Of a stretch of 62,254 bases of DNA, positions 1-8,271 are shown in pieces. A model generated the notes under the pieces. That model was not told where the DNA came from, searched no databases, and saw nothing but the letters and a program-made list of their open reading frames with translations. How positions within the stretch are numbered: the stretch's first letter is position 1; the number at the start of each line of letters is the position of its first letter. The translations under genes and the position numbers were made by a program. The stretch is from Candidatus Yanofskybacteria bacterium RIFCSPLOWO2_02_FULL_45_18 (GTDB lineage: Bacteria > Patescibacteriota > Minisyncoccia > 2-02-FULL-40-12 > GWA2-44-9), in assembly GCA_001795795.1 (NCBI GenBank), contig MGKV01000007.1, positions 14,553-76,806 of the forward strand, read 5' to 3'.

Positions 1-114
1 CTAGTTTGTGGCCCGACCCCTGTGCAATGATGAAAAAGATGGGGGTGGGCGGAGCGGCAGTTGACGTAAAAAATAAAGGTTGCGTTATGCGGTTTATTTC
101 GGTAAGCTGGGGCG

Positions 115-816
115 ATGGAATCGTACGTAATCATTCCGACATACAACGAACGGGGTAATATCGGCCCGATATTGGAACAGATATTTTCGGTAGTTCCGGA
201 GACGTACATTTTAGTCGTGGACGACAACTCACCGGACGGGACGCAGGAGGTCGTCCGTGAGCTGCAAACCAGATACCCCAAGCTCTGGCTTTTAGCGCGT
301 CCAGAAAAACTTGGCCTAGGTAAGGCGTACGTGAACGCCTTTAATTATTTGAAAGAAAAGGAATGCGAAGGCGTCTTTGTCACGATGGATGCCGATTTTT
401 CGCATGACCCCGCGGCTTTGCCAGGGCTACTGGCCGCCGCTGAAAATCACGGCTTGGTTATCGGCTCACGCTATGTGCGGGGTGGGAGCATCGTTCATTG
501 GGAATTTTGGCGGCGGTTTCTAAGCTACGGCGCCAATTTCTATTACCGTATCATCACGCGCATCCCCGTCAAAGATTTGACTACCGGTTATACGGCGATG
601 CAGAGCCGGGCATTGTGGCAGCTAGACCTGTCATCCCTGAATGCCTCTGGGTATGCGTTCCTTTTTGAGTTAAAATATAGGTCGTGGAAGTCGGGCGTGC
701 CACTGATTGAAATTCCTATCACGTTTTCCGAACGGCGGCTGGGTAATTCCAAAGTATCAATGCATATAATCTACGAAAATTTTATCGTCCCATGGCGCTT
801 ACTATTAAAAAATTAA
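115..816 (+). CDS. GT2 polyprenol-phosphate mannose synthase (Ppm1/DPM1-like)
   Basis: IIPTYNE, VDDNSPDGT, MDADFSHDP, IGSRY motifs. Confidence 0.9.
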   Translation: MESYVIIPTYNERGNIGPILEQIFSVVPETYILVVDDNSPDGTQEVVRELQTRYPKLWLLARPEKLGLGKAYVNAFNYLKEKECEGVFVTMDADFSHDPAALPGLLAAAENHGLVIGSRYVRGGSIVHWEFWRRFLSYGANFYYRIITRIPVKDLTTGYTAMQSRALWQLDLSSLNASGYAFLFELKYRSWKSGVPLIEIPITFSERRLGNSKVSMHIIYENFIVPWRLLLKN

Positions 817-2165
817 TAACCAGAACGAATAAGAAAGATTTAGCCTTGCTCATCGGGATATGCGCCTTGATAATTGGTGTTTTAATATTTCAGCAGAGGA
901 TTTTTGTGCGTAATGATTTTTATGTTGCCCATCACTTTGGGGAAAATTGGCCGATGCTCAAAACGATATCGATTATTCTGGGAGCGCTTTATCTGGGGCT
1001 GTGGGCGGTTATCAGAAATACAAAAATTTCTGCAAAGAACATTCTCGTCATTGCTTCCACGGCTTTTATTTTGATAGCCGGTGTAGCCTTGGTGACCCAC
1101 CCGACGCGTTCGCAGGATTTGTATCATAGCTTATTATTAGGTAAAGGGCTTACGGAGTCTGGGTTGAATCCCTATACCACTGCGCCGCAAGACGTGGATT
1201 ATCCGTCTTGGAATTATCCGGTGCTGGCCTGGAAAGATGTCGCCATGCCTTACGGTCCCATCTGGTCAGATATTGTCATCGGTATCGCGTATGTGACGAG
1301 TTCGTTGGGTGTGGCTCTTGTTCTGGCCAAATCATTTTTTATTTTAGTACTCGCATTTTTAGGTTTTCTGCTGTTTAAGCTCGCACAGCATCAGAGCTTT
1401 ACGCGGGAGGCCGCGGCGAAAATTACTGCGCTATTTTTGCTGAATCCGTTTATCATCCAGACAGTGTTGATTGACGGCCATAGCGATATTTTGGTCGGTT
1501 TCTTTCTGATGGTGAGTTTGTATTTGTTATCCCGCGAGAAATATGGCTTCAGCATTCTGGCATTGGCGGCCGGCGGGTTGGTCAAATATTCGCCGTTTAT
1601 GATTATGTTCGCGCCCGTCTATCTGGCCATCAGGAAATATGGTTTCAAAAAAATAGGGCAATTGCTGGCCGGACTGGTTGTCTCCGTGGCCTTGGTTATC
1701 AGCGTGTATCATCCTTTTGATGCCACAATCCGCGGGATTATAAAACTCGTCTTAGGTATTAATCTGCAGGGGCTGGCGACAGAATTTTTACCGGGGACGA
1801 CCATGCTAATACAATATTTCCATATGACGCCCAGTCATTTAAGGATATTCGGCATCGTGGCTGCAATAGCAGTTCTGGTCTGGGCGTTACACAAAAAGAA
1901 GATTGCCCTGGCTTATACGATGCCGTTTATTGTGTTCTTCTTTTTCGCTACAACGTGGTTTCAGGCCTGGTATGTACTGTGGCTGATGCCGGTTATTTTT
2001 CTGGCCTGGCCGTCCGTGGCGGTGGTATTGATGACCGCATTGCTGTTGCCCATGCCGGAACTGATTTCTCCATCCATGGTATCCTATGTCGCCATGACTA
2101 TTATTTCGGTCGTTTTATTTTTCCGTTATTTGTCGCATGAGGATGGGCGCGCAGACACCCGATGA
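792..2165 (+). CDS. Polytopic GT-C glycosyltransferase (MptA/MptB-like)
   Basis: Many TM helices; SQDLY, NPY, PYGPIW, LLNP...GHSD motifs; overlaps the GT2 gene. Confidence 0.7.
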   Translation: MALTIKKLITRTNKKDLALLIGICALIIGVLIFQQRIFVRNDFYVAHHFGENWPMLKTISIILGALYLGLWAVIRNTKISAKNILVIASTAFILIAGVALVTHPTRSQDLYHSLLLGKGLTESGLNPYTTAPQDVDYPSWNYPVLAWKDVAMPYGPIWSDIVIGIAYVTSSLGVALVLAKSFFILVLAFLGFLLFKLAQHQSFTREAAAKITALFLLNPFIIQTVLIDGHSDILVGFFLMVSLYLLSREKYGFSILALAAGGLVKYSPFMIMFAPVYLAIRKYGFKKIGQLLAGLVVSVALVISVYHPFDATIRGIIKLVLGINLQGLATEFLPGTTMLIQYFHMTPSHLRIFGIVAAIAVLVWALHKKKIALAYTMPFIVFFFFATTWFQAWYVLWLMPVIFLAWPSVAVVLMTALLLPMPELISPSMVSYVAMTIISVVLFFRYLSHEDGRADTR

Positions 2166-2644
2166 AATCCGTGTATCTGATTTTGGATAATATCCGCAGC
2201 GCCCACAACGTGGGCTCTATTTTCCGTACCGCCGATGCGGCGGGCGTGGCCAAGATATATTTGTGTGGAATCACGCCCAAACCGTCGGGTGAGGGTGAAC
2301 TGCCCGTCGGCGGCCGTGCCAAAATGGAGAAAACTTCGCTGGGTGCCGAGAAAATGGTGGCCTGGGAATATGCCGCGCAATCCTGGCGGATTTTAAAAAA
2401 ATTAAAAGGGGAGAGTAGGCGAGTTATCGCATTGGAACTCTCCCCCGCCAGCAAGAATATTTTTAAATACAAAGCAAAAGCGGGGAAACCACTGGTTCTG
2501 GTTGTTGGGCATGAGCGTAGGGGTTTGTCTAAAAAAATCCTGGAATACGTGGACGATATCGTAGAGATACCCATGCATGGCAGAAAAGAATCATTAAATG
2601 TAAGCGTGGCGACCGGGATAGCTTTATACCAGTTGCTGCGCTAG
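2162..2644 (+). CDS. TrmH/SpoU-family RNA methyltransferase
   Basis: LDNIRSAHNVGSIFRTAD, GHERRG, IPMHGRKESLNVSVA. Confidence 0.92.
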   Translation: MKSVYLILDNIRSAHNVGSIFRTADAAGVAKIYLCGITPKPSGEGELPVGGRAKMEKTSLGAEKMVAWEYAAQSWRILKKLKGESRRVIALELSPASKNIFKYKAKAGKPLVLVVGHERRGLSKKILEYVDDIVEIPMHGRKESLNVSVATGIALYQLLR

Positions 2645-2768
2645 CATTGTCCCGATTTTGTTATCCGCCCTAGCCGGAGTTATAAAATCGAGAATCCTCG
2701 ATTTTTCTACTCTACGGATGAAAAATTGGGACATTGTATCAAATAACAAAATGAGCTAATATTTGCTG

Positions 2769-2969
2769 ATGGACGAAAGGGAAATTGTAAAAACAATAGA
2801 TCCAGCGATTCAGAAAAAAATTCAAGAAGAGAAAGAAAAGCGTGGACGGGGTTGGAATGAACGAAAACAGCTTGAGATTATTGAAGATGAACCAACTGAT
2901 AAATCTCAAGATGGCGGCGAAGAACCAGATGAAAAATCTCCGGATCTCAAGACGGTTATCAAGTTTTAA
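2769..2969 (+). CDS. Small charged hypothetical protein
   Basis: ORF filling the gap between two + strand genes; ATG at 2769. Confidence 0.55.
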   Translation: MDEREIVKTIDPAIQKKIQEEKEKRGRGWNERKQLEIIEDEPTDKSQDGGEEPDEKSPDLKTVIKF

Positions 2970-3010
2970 GGTGCCCTAAAAGCCGCAGTCACCGTCTGCG
3001 GTTTTTGCTT

Positions 3011-3661
3011 ATGAGATTTCCCAACAAAACTTTAGAAAAGCAACTTTTCAAATCCGGCTATCAGCTGGTTGTTGGCGTGGATGAAGTGGGGACGGGTTCT
3101 CTGGCTGGGCCAGTGGTGGTTTGCGCCGTGGCGATGACCAACACTTTTTATAATAAACATCATAAAAAACTGCGTCGCCTTCGTGATTCCAAATTACTAC
3201 TCCCCCACCAGAGAGAAAAATTTTCAAAACAGCTAATTCGCGAATCAAATCTGGCTTACGCTATTGCCTCAGCCAGCCCAAAGGTTGTTGACAAGATTAA
3301 TGTTTATCAAGCGGCGCGGAGAGCGATGAAGAGAGCTATTGTGGCCCTTCGGCCGATTCAGGGCAATAAGTACTGTCGGACGATAGTACTTATTGATGGC
3401 AAAACAAAAATCAACGGGCTCGAATTAGAACAGATGCCTATCGTTAAGGGCGACTGCAAGGTGTTCGCAATCGCCTGCGCCTCGGTTATCGCCAAGGTCC
3501 ACCGCGACAAAATGATGGTTTGCTACGCTAAACGTTATCCGGGCTATGGCTTTGAAAGGCATAAAGGATATGGGACAAAGTACCATCAAGCACAGCTTCT
3601 AAAACAAGGCCCTTGCGCCATACACAGGGAATCCTTTGCACCAGTTGCAAAATTAATCTAG
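3011..3661 (+). CDS. rnhB: Ribonuclease HII
   Basis: GVDEVGTGSLAGPV, DSK, IDG, KGD, ASVIAKVHRD, HKGYGT. Confidence 0.95.
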   Translation: MRFPNKTLEKQLFKSGYQLVVGVDEVGTGSLAGPVVVCAVAMTNTFYNKHHKKLRRLRDSKLLLPHQREKFSKQLIRESNLAYAIASASPKVVDKINVYQAARRAMKRAIVALRPIQGNKYCRTIVLIDGKTKINGLELEQMPIVKGDCKVFAIACASVIAKVHRDKMMVCYAKRYPGYGFERHKGYGTKYHQAQLLKQGPCAIHRESFAPVAKLI

Positions 3662-3691
3662 AATGGATAAATAACCTTGTAATTTTTTACT

Positions 3692-4768
3692 ATGGCAAGA
3701 ATTGCAATTAACGGCTTCGGCCGCATTGGACGCGCGTTTTTTAAATTGGCATTGGAAAAGCCGGAGTTGGATATTGTTGCCATTAACGACCTTGGAGATA
3801 TTGAATTTCTGGCCTACTTGCTTAGGTTTGATTCGGTTTACGGTAAGTTTAAAAAATCCGTTTCAATAAAAGAAGGCAATCCTTCAATAAGTTCAGGACA
3901 AAAACAAAAGTTTTTGGTTGTAGGGGGCAAGGAAACGTTATTTTTGCAGGAAAAAGATCCTCTGAATCTGCCGTGGAAGGATTTGGGTGTTGATATTGTG
4001 GTTGAATCCACTGGTGTCTTTGAAAGCTATGAAAAGGCGAGAGTCCACATAGCGGCGGGCGCCAAAAGGGTAGTCCTGACTGCTCCGGCGAAAGACGAAG
4101 ATGGTTCGGTAAACTCACCACAAGTCGGCCCAGATGGCCGCACAGTATTAGTTGGTGTCAATGATGACCAGCTTAAAACCTGTACCATATCCTCCAACGG
4201 TTCTTGTACTACCAATTCTGTTTCCCCCGTTATGCAAATTTTGACGGAGAAGCTGGGCGTGAAGAAGGCATATCTTAACACTACGCATGGCTATACGGCA
4301 ACGCAGGTTTTGATGGACGGCTTGCCGGGTAAATCAAAGGACTTTAGGCGCGGGCGGGCGGCGGCGGCTAATATTATTCCTTCTACAACCGGCGCGACGA
4401 CGGCGGTGGCAAGGGCGATAGAATCGCTCCGCGGTAAGTTTGACGGCATATCTTTGCGGGTGCCGGTGCTGGACGGCTCAATCTCGGCCATTACTTTTAT
4501 TTCGGAAAAACCGACCACGGTTGAGGAGATAAACAATATTTTCAAAGAAGCGGAAAAAGATCCGCGCTGGCAGGGCATTCTGCGCACCACCGAAGACCCT
4601 GTCGTCTCAACTGACATTGTTGGCGATCCGTGCGCGGCCATTGCAGACCTCTCCCTTACGCGGGTGGTGGACGGCGACTTGTGTTGCGTTTACAGTTGGT
4701 ATGACAATGAGTTTGGGTATACGAATACATTGGTGCGGCATGTTATTAAAGTGGCCGCCACTTTGTAA
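3692..4768 (+). CDS. gap: Type I glyceraldehyde-3-phosphate dehydrogenase (two short in-frame inserts)
   Basis: INGFGRIGR, SNGSCTTN, SWYDNE. Confidence 0.96.
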   Translation: MARIAINGFGRIGRAFFKLALEKPELDIVAINDLGDIEFLAYLLRFDSVYGKFKKSVSIKEGNPSISSGQKQKFLVVGGKETLFLQEKDPLNLPWKDLGVDIVVESTGVFESYEKARVHIAAGAKRVVLTAPAKDEDGSVNSPQVGPDGRTVLVGVNDDQLKTCTISSNGSCTTNSVSPVMQILTEKLGVKKAYLNTTHGYTATQVLMDGLPGKSKDFRRGRAAAANIIPSTTGATTAVARAIESLRGKFDGISLRVPVLDGSISAITFISEKPTTVEEINNIFKEAEKDPRWQGILRTTEDPVVSTDIVGDPCAAIADLSLTRVVDGDLCCVYSWYDNEFGYTNTLVRHVIKVAATL

Positions 4769-4860
4769 ATTAAAAATGCAAAGTGAAAAATTAAAAATTC
4801 AGGTTATTGAAAATTTTTATAAAAATTTTTAATTTTAATCATTTTGATTTTTGAATTTTA

Positions 4861-5145
4861 ATGAAAAATTTTTTTGAAATTTTTCATAACATCGGCCCCC
4901 AATACGCCTTCATCGGCGGGGAGGACTTGCGTCGCGGCATATTGCTTAGTGTGCCCACGCTGGCAATCCTTTTGGTTACCGGCGCCTTGATATTGATTGA
5001 AGCAATCATGCAGAAAAACATCGTCAAAGGAGGATTCGGACGCTTTGTTTTATGGCTGTGCGTCAAAATTGGATTTGCCGGCCTGATTGTCAGTATAATC
5101 TACCTCGCCATCGGCGGCGTTAAATTATTAATTTCTAAGTTTTGA
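4861..5145 (+). CDS. Small membrane hypothetical protein
   Basis: Two hydrophobic helices; co-oriented with neighbours. Confidence 0.6.
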   Translation: MKNFFEIFHNIGPQYAFIGGEDLRRGILLSVPTLAILLVTGALILIEAIMQKNIVKGGFGRFVLWLCVKIGFAGLIVSIIYLAIGGVKLLISKF

Positions 5146-5149
5146 GATT

Positions 5150-5344
5150 ATGGATAATAAATTTACAGAGAAACAGGTTTTTATTTTGGTAATTGCAATT
5201 GTCGCGGGGATAGCGTTTATGGAGACAAGTCATGCTTTAGGGACTAGAGAATTCTGGAGAGAGTTTGGCCTAAAATTGTTTGGGTATGGTTTGATTGCCG
5301 AATTTAGTGTTGTATTACTGGGACAATTGCTGAATAAAGATTAA
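5150..5344 (+). CDS. Small membrane hypothetical protein
   Basis: Two hydrophobic segments; starts 4 nt after previous stop. Confidence 0.55.
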   Translation: MDNKFTEKQVFILVIAIVAGIAFMETSHALGTREFWREFGLKLFGYGLIAEFSVVLLGQLLNKD

Positions 5345-5376
5345 GCAACGCGACGCTTTTATTGCGATATCCTTTA

Positions 5377-6276
5377 ATGTCAATACACGAGGAAAAAATT
5401 AAAGAGCTGGAGTTAAAAGCCAATGAAATCCGCCAGTCGGTGATTGAGATGCTCGTTGAGGCGGGGTCGGGGCATACGGCGGGGCCGATGGGCATGGCTG
5501 ATATTTTCACGGCGCTGTATTTTCATGTTCTAAATCACGATCCCAAGAATCCAGAATGGCCGGAGCGTGACCGCCTCATACTTTCCAACGGCCATATTAC
5601 GCCGGTGCGCTATGCCGCGATGGCTCATGCCGGATATTTCCCCATTGAAGAATTAAAAACCCTGCGTAAATTAGGCACGCGATTGCAGGGGCATCCCGAG
5701 CGGGAACGACTTCCGGGGGTTGAAACAACCTCCGGTCCGTTGGGCTCTGGTTTGGGGCAGGCCTGCGGAATCGCTTATGCGGCGCGGATGTCCGCCCCAA
5801 AGGGGCGAGGTTTCGCCTCCGAAGGAGGCGGAGATGGCACAAGATTCAGAGTTTATTGTATAATGTCAGACGGGGAGCAGGAGGCGGGAGTTACTTGGGA
5901 GGCGGCGCTATTTGCCGGAAAGAACAAACTTTCTAATCTGACCGGCATAATTGACCGCAACAATATCCAGATTGACGGCATGACCGAGAATATTATGCCC
6001 ATTGAGCCGTTGCGCGCCAAATACGAAGCATTTAACTGGCATGTTTTGGAAATTGACGGCCATAATATTGAGGAATTTGTGGACGCGGTTGAGGAGGCAA
6101 AGGCAATTTACGAAAAACCGACGGTAATAATTGCCCACACTATTCCGGGCAAAGGCATCCCCGAAATTGAGTTTGATTATAAATGGCATGGAATTCCGCC
6201 CAAACCGGAGGAAGCAAAAAAGTTTTTGGATGAATTAAGGACATTGAAAGGAAAGATAGTAAGCGAACACCAGTAG
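5377..6276 (+). CDS. Transketolase N-terminal (TPP-binding) subunit with 14-aa insert
   Basis: GSGH, RDRLILSNGH, LQGHP, SGPLGSG, SDGE...WEAA. Confidence 0.95.
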   Translation: MSIHEEKIKELELKANEIRQSVIEMLVEAGSGHTAGPMGMADIFTALYFHVLNHDPKNPEWPERDRLILSNGHITPVRYAAMAHAGYFPIEELKTLRKLGTRLQGHPERERLPGVETTSGPLGSGLGQACGIAYAARMSAPKGRGFASEGGGDGTRFRVYCIMSDGEQEAGVTWEAALFAGKNKLSNLTGIIDRNNIQIDGMTENIMPIEPLRAKYEAFNWHVLEIDGHNIEEFVDAVEEAKAIYEKPTVIIAHTIPGKGIPEIEFDYKWHGIPPKPEEAKKFLDELRTLKGKIVSEHQ

Positions 6277-6353
6277 ATTAATCGACAATTGACAACAAAC
6301 AACTGACAACTTTTGTTATAAGTTGCAAGTTGCCACAGCAAGGAGGTGTCTAT

Positions 6354-6677
6354 ATGAATATGATGCATCATGGAGGTATGTGCCGATGTCCGCACCACAT
6401 AGGGGCGATGGTTTTGGGTATTCTTGCTTTTGTCGCCGGTGTTTTGTTTTTCTGGACTTCCGTCACCAGCGGTTTGGGCAAGAGTGGCATAGTTTTGGGA
6501 TTTAATGCCAACTATTACTTTATGGCGGCAATAGTAGCGGTGATTATGGCGCATAGCGCCAAGTATTGCCGGTGCTGTTATGGTATAATGAAGAATAAGA
6601 TGATGAGCGATGGCGTGTGCGCGCACGGCGAAGGCGACAAGTGCGAGCATTGCGAGAAGCCAAGTGATAGAATTTAG
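6354..6677 (+). CDS. Cys/His-rich two-TM hypothetical protein
   Basis: AAGGAGG RBS at 6340-6346; CRCPHH and CRCC...CAH...CEHC flanking two TM helices. Confidence 0.7.
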   Translation: MNMMHHGGMCRCPHHIGAMVLGILAFVAGVLFFWTSVTSGLGKSGIVLGFNANYYFMAAIVAVIMAHSAKYCRCCYGIMKNKMMSDGVCAHGEGDKCEHCEKPSDRI

Positions 6678-6798
6678 GAATTAGAATTTAGAAATTAGAA
6701 GTGAGAAAAAATTTACTTCTAGTTTCTATTCTCTAATTTCTAATCAGCCATCAGATTTATACTATTTGATTAGAAATTAGTAACCATAGATTGTTGTT

Positions 6799-7143
6799 AT
6801 GGCTCGGATAATTCTTGAAAAAACAATATTAAAGAACGCCAGAGTGAGATTTATTCTTGAACTGTTGAGTGTTTTTATCGTGGGGCTGGTCGTTGGTATT
6901 GTCTTTCTCCGGCCGACCAAAACAACCAATGGTCCGCCGGGGTATACGCCAACACCGAGCGGGCAATATTGCATACAGGTCATTACCCAGGCCTTTAATC
7001 CCCAAACCGGAGATGTAGTTGATTTCCCCACGCCCTGCGACGTGCCAAAGGGATGGGAAGTCGCACCCGCGGGATGTCATTATGAAAAAGTCGTCTGCGT
7101 TATAGCTCCATGTAAACCTGTTTTGATTTGCCCGACGCCTTAA
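6799..7143 (+). CDS. Membrane-anchored Cys-rich extracellular hypothetical protein
   Basis: N-terminal TM, P/T linker, CIQVITQAFNPQTG...FPTPCDVPKGW module. Confidence 0.75.
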   Translation: MARIILEKTILKNARVRFILELLSVFIVGLVVGIVFLRPTKTTNGPPGYTPTPSGQYCIQVITQAFNPQTGDVVDFPTPCDVPKGWEVAPAGCHYEKVVCVIAPCKPVLICPTP

Positions 7144-7211
7144 AAATTTTCAATTTTTAATTTTAAATTTCCAATGAATTTTCAATGTCGCATTGATTCA
7201 TTGATAATTTA

Positions 7212-8219
7212 ATGAAAATTGAAAATCGTGAATTGTTAAATTTAAAGGCCAAATTAGTTGACAATCTCTTCGACAAGGAATATTTGCAATATGTCCCGAC
7301 CCGTGATGGCTATGGCAAGGGCTTGGTTGAAGCGACCGAAAGGGATGAACGGGTAGTGGCGCTTTGCGCCGATCTGACCGAATCAACGCGGACACATTGG
7401 TTCGCGGAAAAGTTTCCCGAAAGATTTGTTCAAATGGGCGTGTCGGAGCAGGCCTTGGCGGTAATCGGTTCGGGCATGGCCAATTACGGCAAGATTCCTT
7501 TCATCGCGTCATATGCGGTTTTTAGTCCCGGACGCAACAATGAGCAGATCCGCACCAACATTTGCATAAACAATGTGCCGGTCAAAATTGTCGGCGCGCA
7601 CGGGGGAGTATCGGTGGGCCCCGATGGAGCAACGCACCAAGCATTGGAAGATATCGCATTGATGCGCGTATTGCCGCGGATGGTAGTGGTGGTGCCATGC
7701 GATGCTTTTGAAGCGCAAAAGGCGACGGTGGCGGTGGCCTTTAACGGCCAGCCGAGTTATTTGCGCATCGGGCGTGAGAAATCACCCATTTTTACTACAG
7801 CCGAAACGCCATTTGAAATCGGTAGGGCGGAAATTTTTCGCGACGGTAAGGATGCCGTCATTATCGCATGCGGGATACTTTTATATAATGCTCTTTCGGC
7901 CGCCGAGGAATTATCAAAAGAAGGCATAGGGTGCATGGTTATAAATTCTCATACCGTAAAACCGTTGGACGAAAAAACCATCATTGAAGCGGCAAAAAAG
8001 TGCGGCGCTGTCGTATCGGTTGAGGAACATCAAATCGCCGGTGGACTCGGTTCCGCCGTGGCCGAGTGTCTTGCTAAAAACTACCCTGTCCCGCAGGAAT
8101 TTATCGGCATGCGGGACCGCTTTGGCGAATCAGGGAAGCCGGAGGAGCTTTTTGAGCATTTTGGTATGGGGGTCGGGGCGGTTAAAGAGGCGATTCGAAA
8201 AGTTATAAAGAGAAAGTAA
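7212..8219 (+). CDS. Transketolase C-terminal subunit (true start may be TTG at 7233)
   Basis: TRDGYG, ADLTEST, GPDGATHQALED, VEEHQIAGGLGSAV. Confidence 0.95.
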   Translation: MKIENRELLNLKAKLVDNLFDKEYLQYVPTRDGYGKGLVEATERDERVVALCADLTESTRTHWFAEKFPERFVQMGVSEQALAVIGSGMANYGKIPFIASYAVFSPGRNNEQIRTNICINNVPVKIVGAHGGVSVGPDGATHQALEDIALMRVLPRMVVVVPCDAFEAQKATVAVAFNGQPSYLRIGREKSPIFTTAETPFEIGRAEIFRDGKDAVIIACGILLYNALSAAEELSKEGIGCMVINSHTVKPLDEKTIIEAAKKCGAVVSVEEHQIAGGLGSAVAECLAKNYPVPQEFIGMRDRFGESGKPEELFEHFGMGVGAVKEAIRKVIKRK

Positions 8220-8271
8220 GATTGACCTGTGGATATTGAAAATTTGGGCTTTTAGTGTATAATAGCAATAT

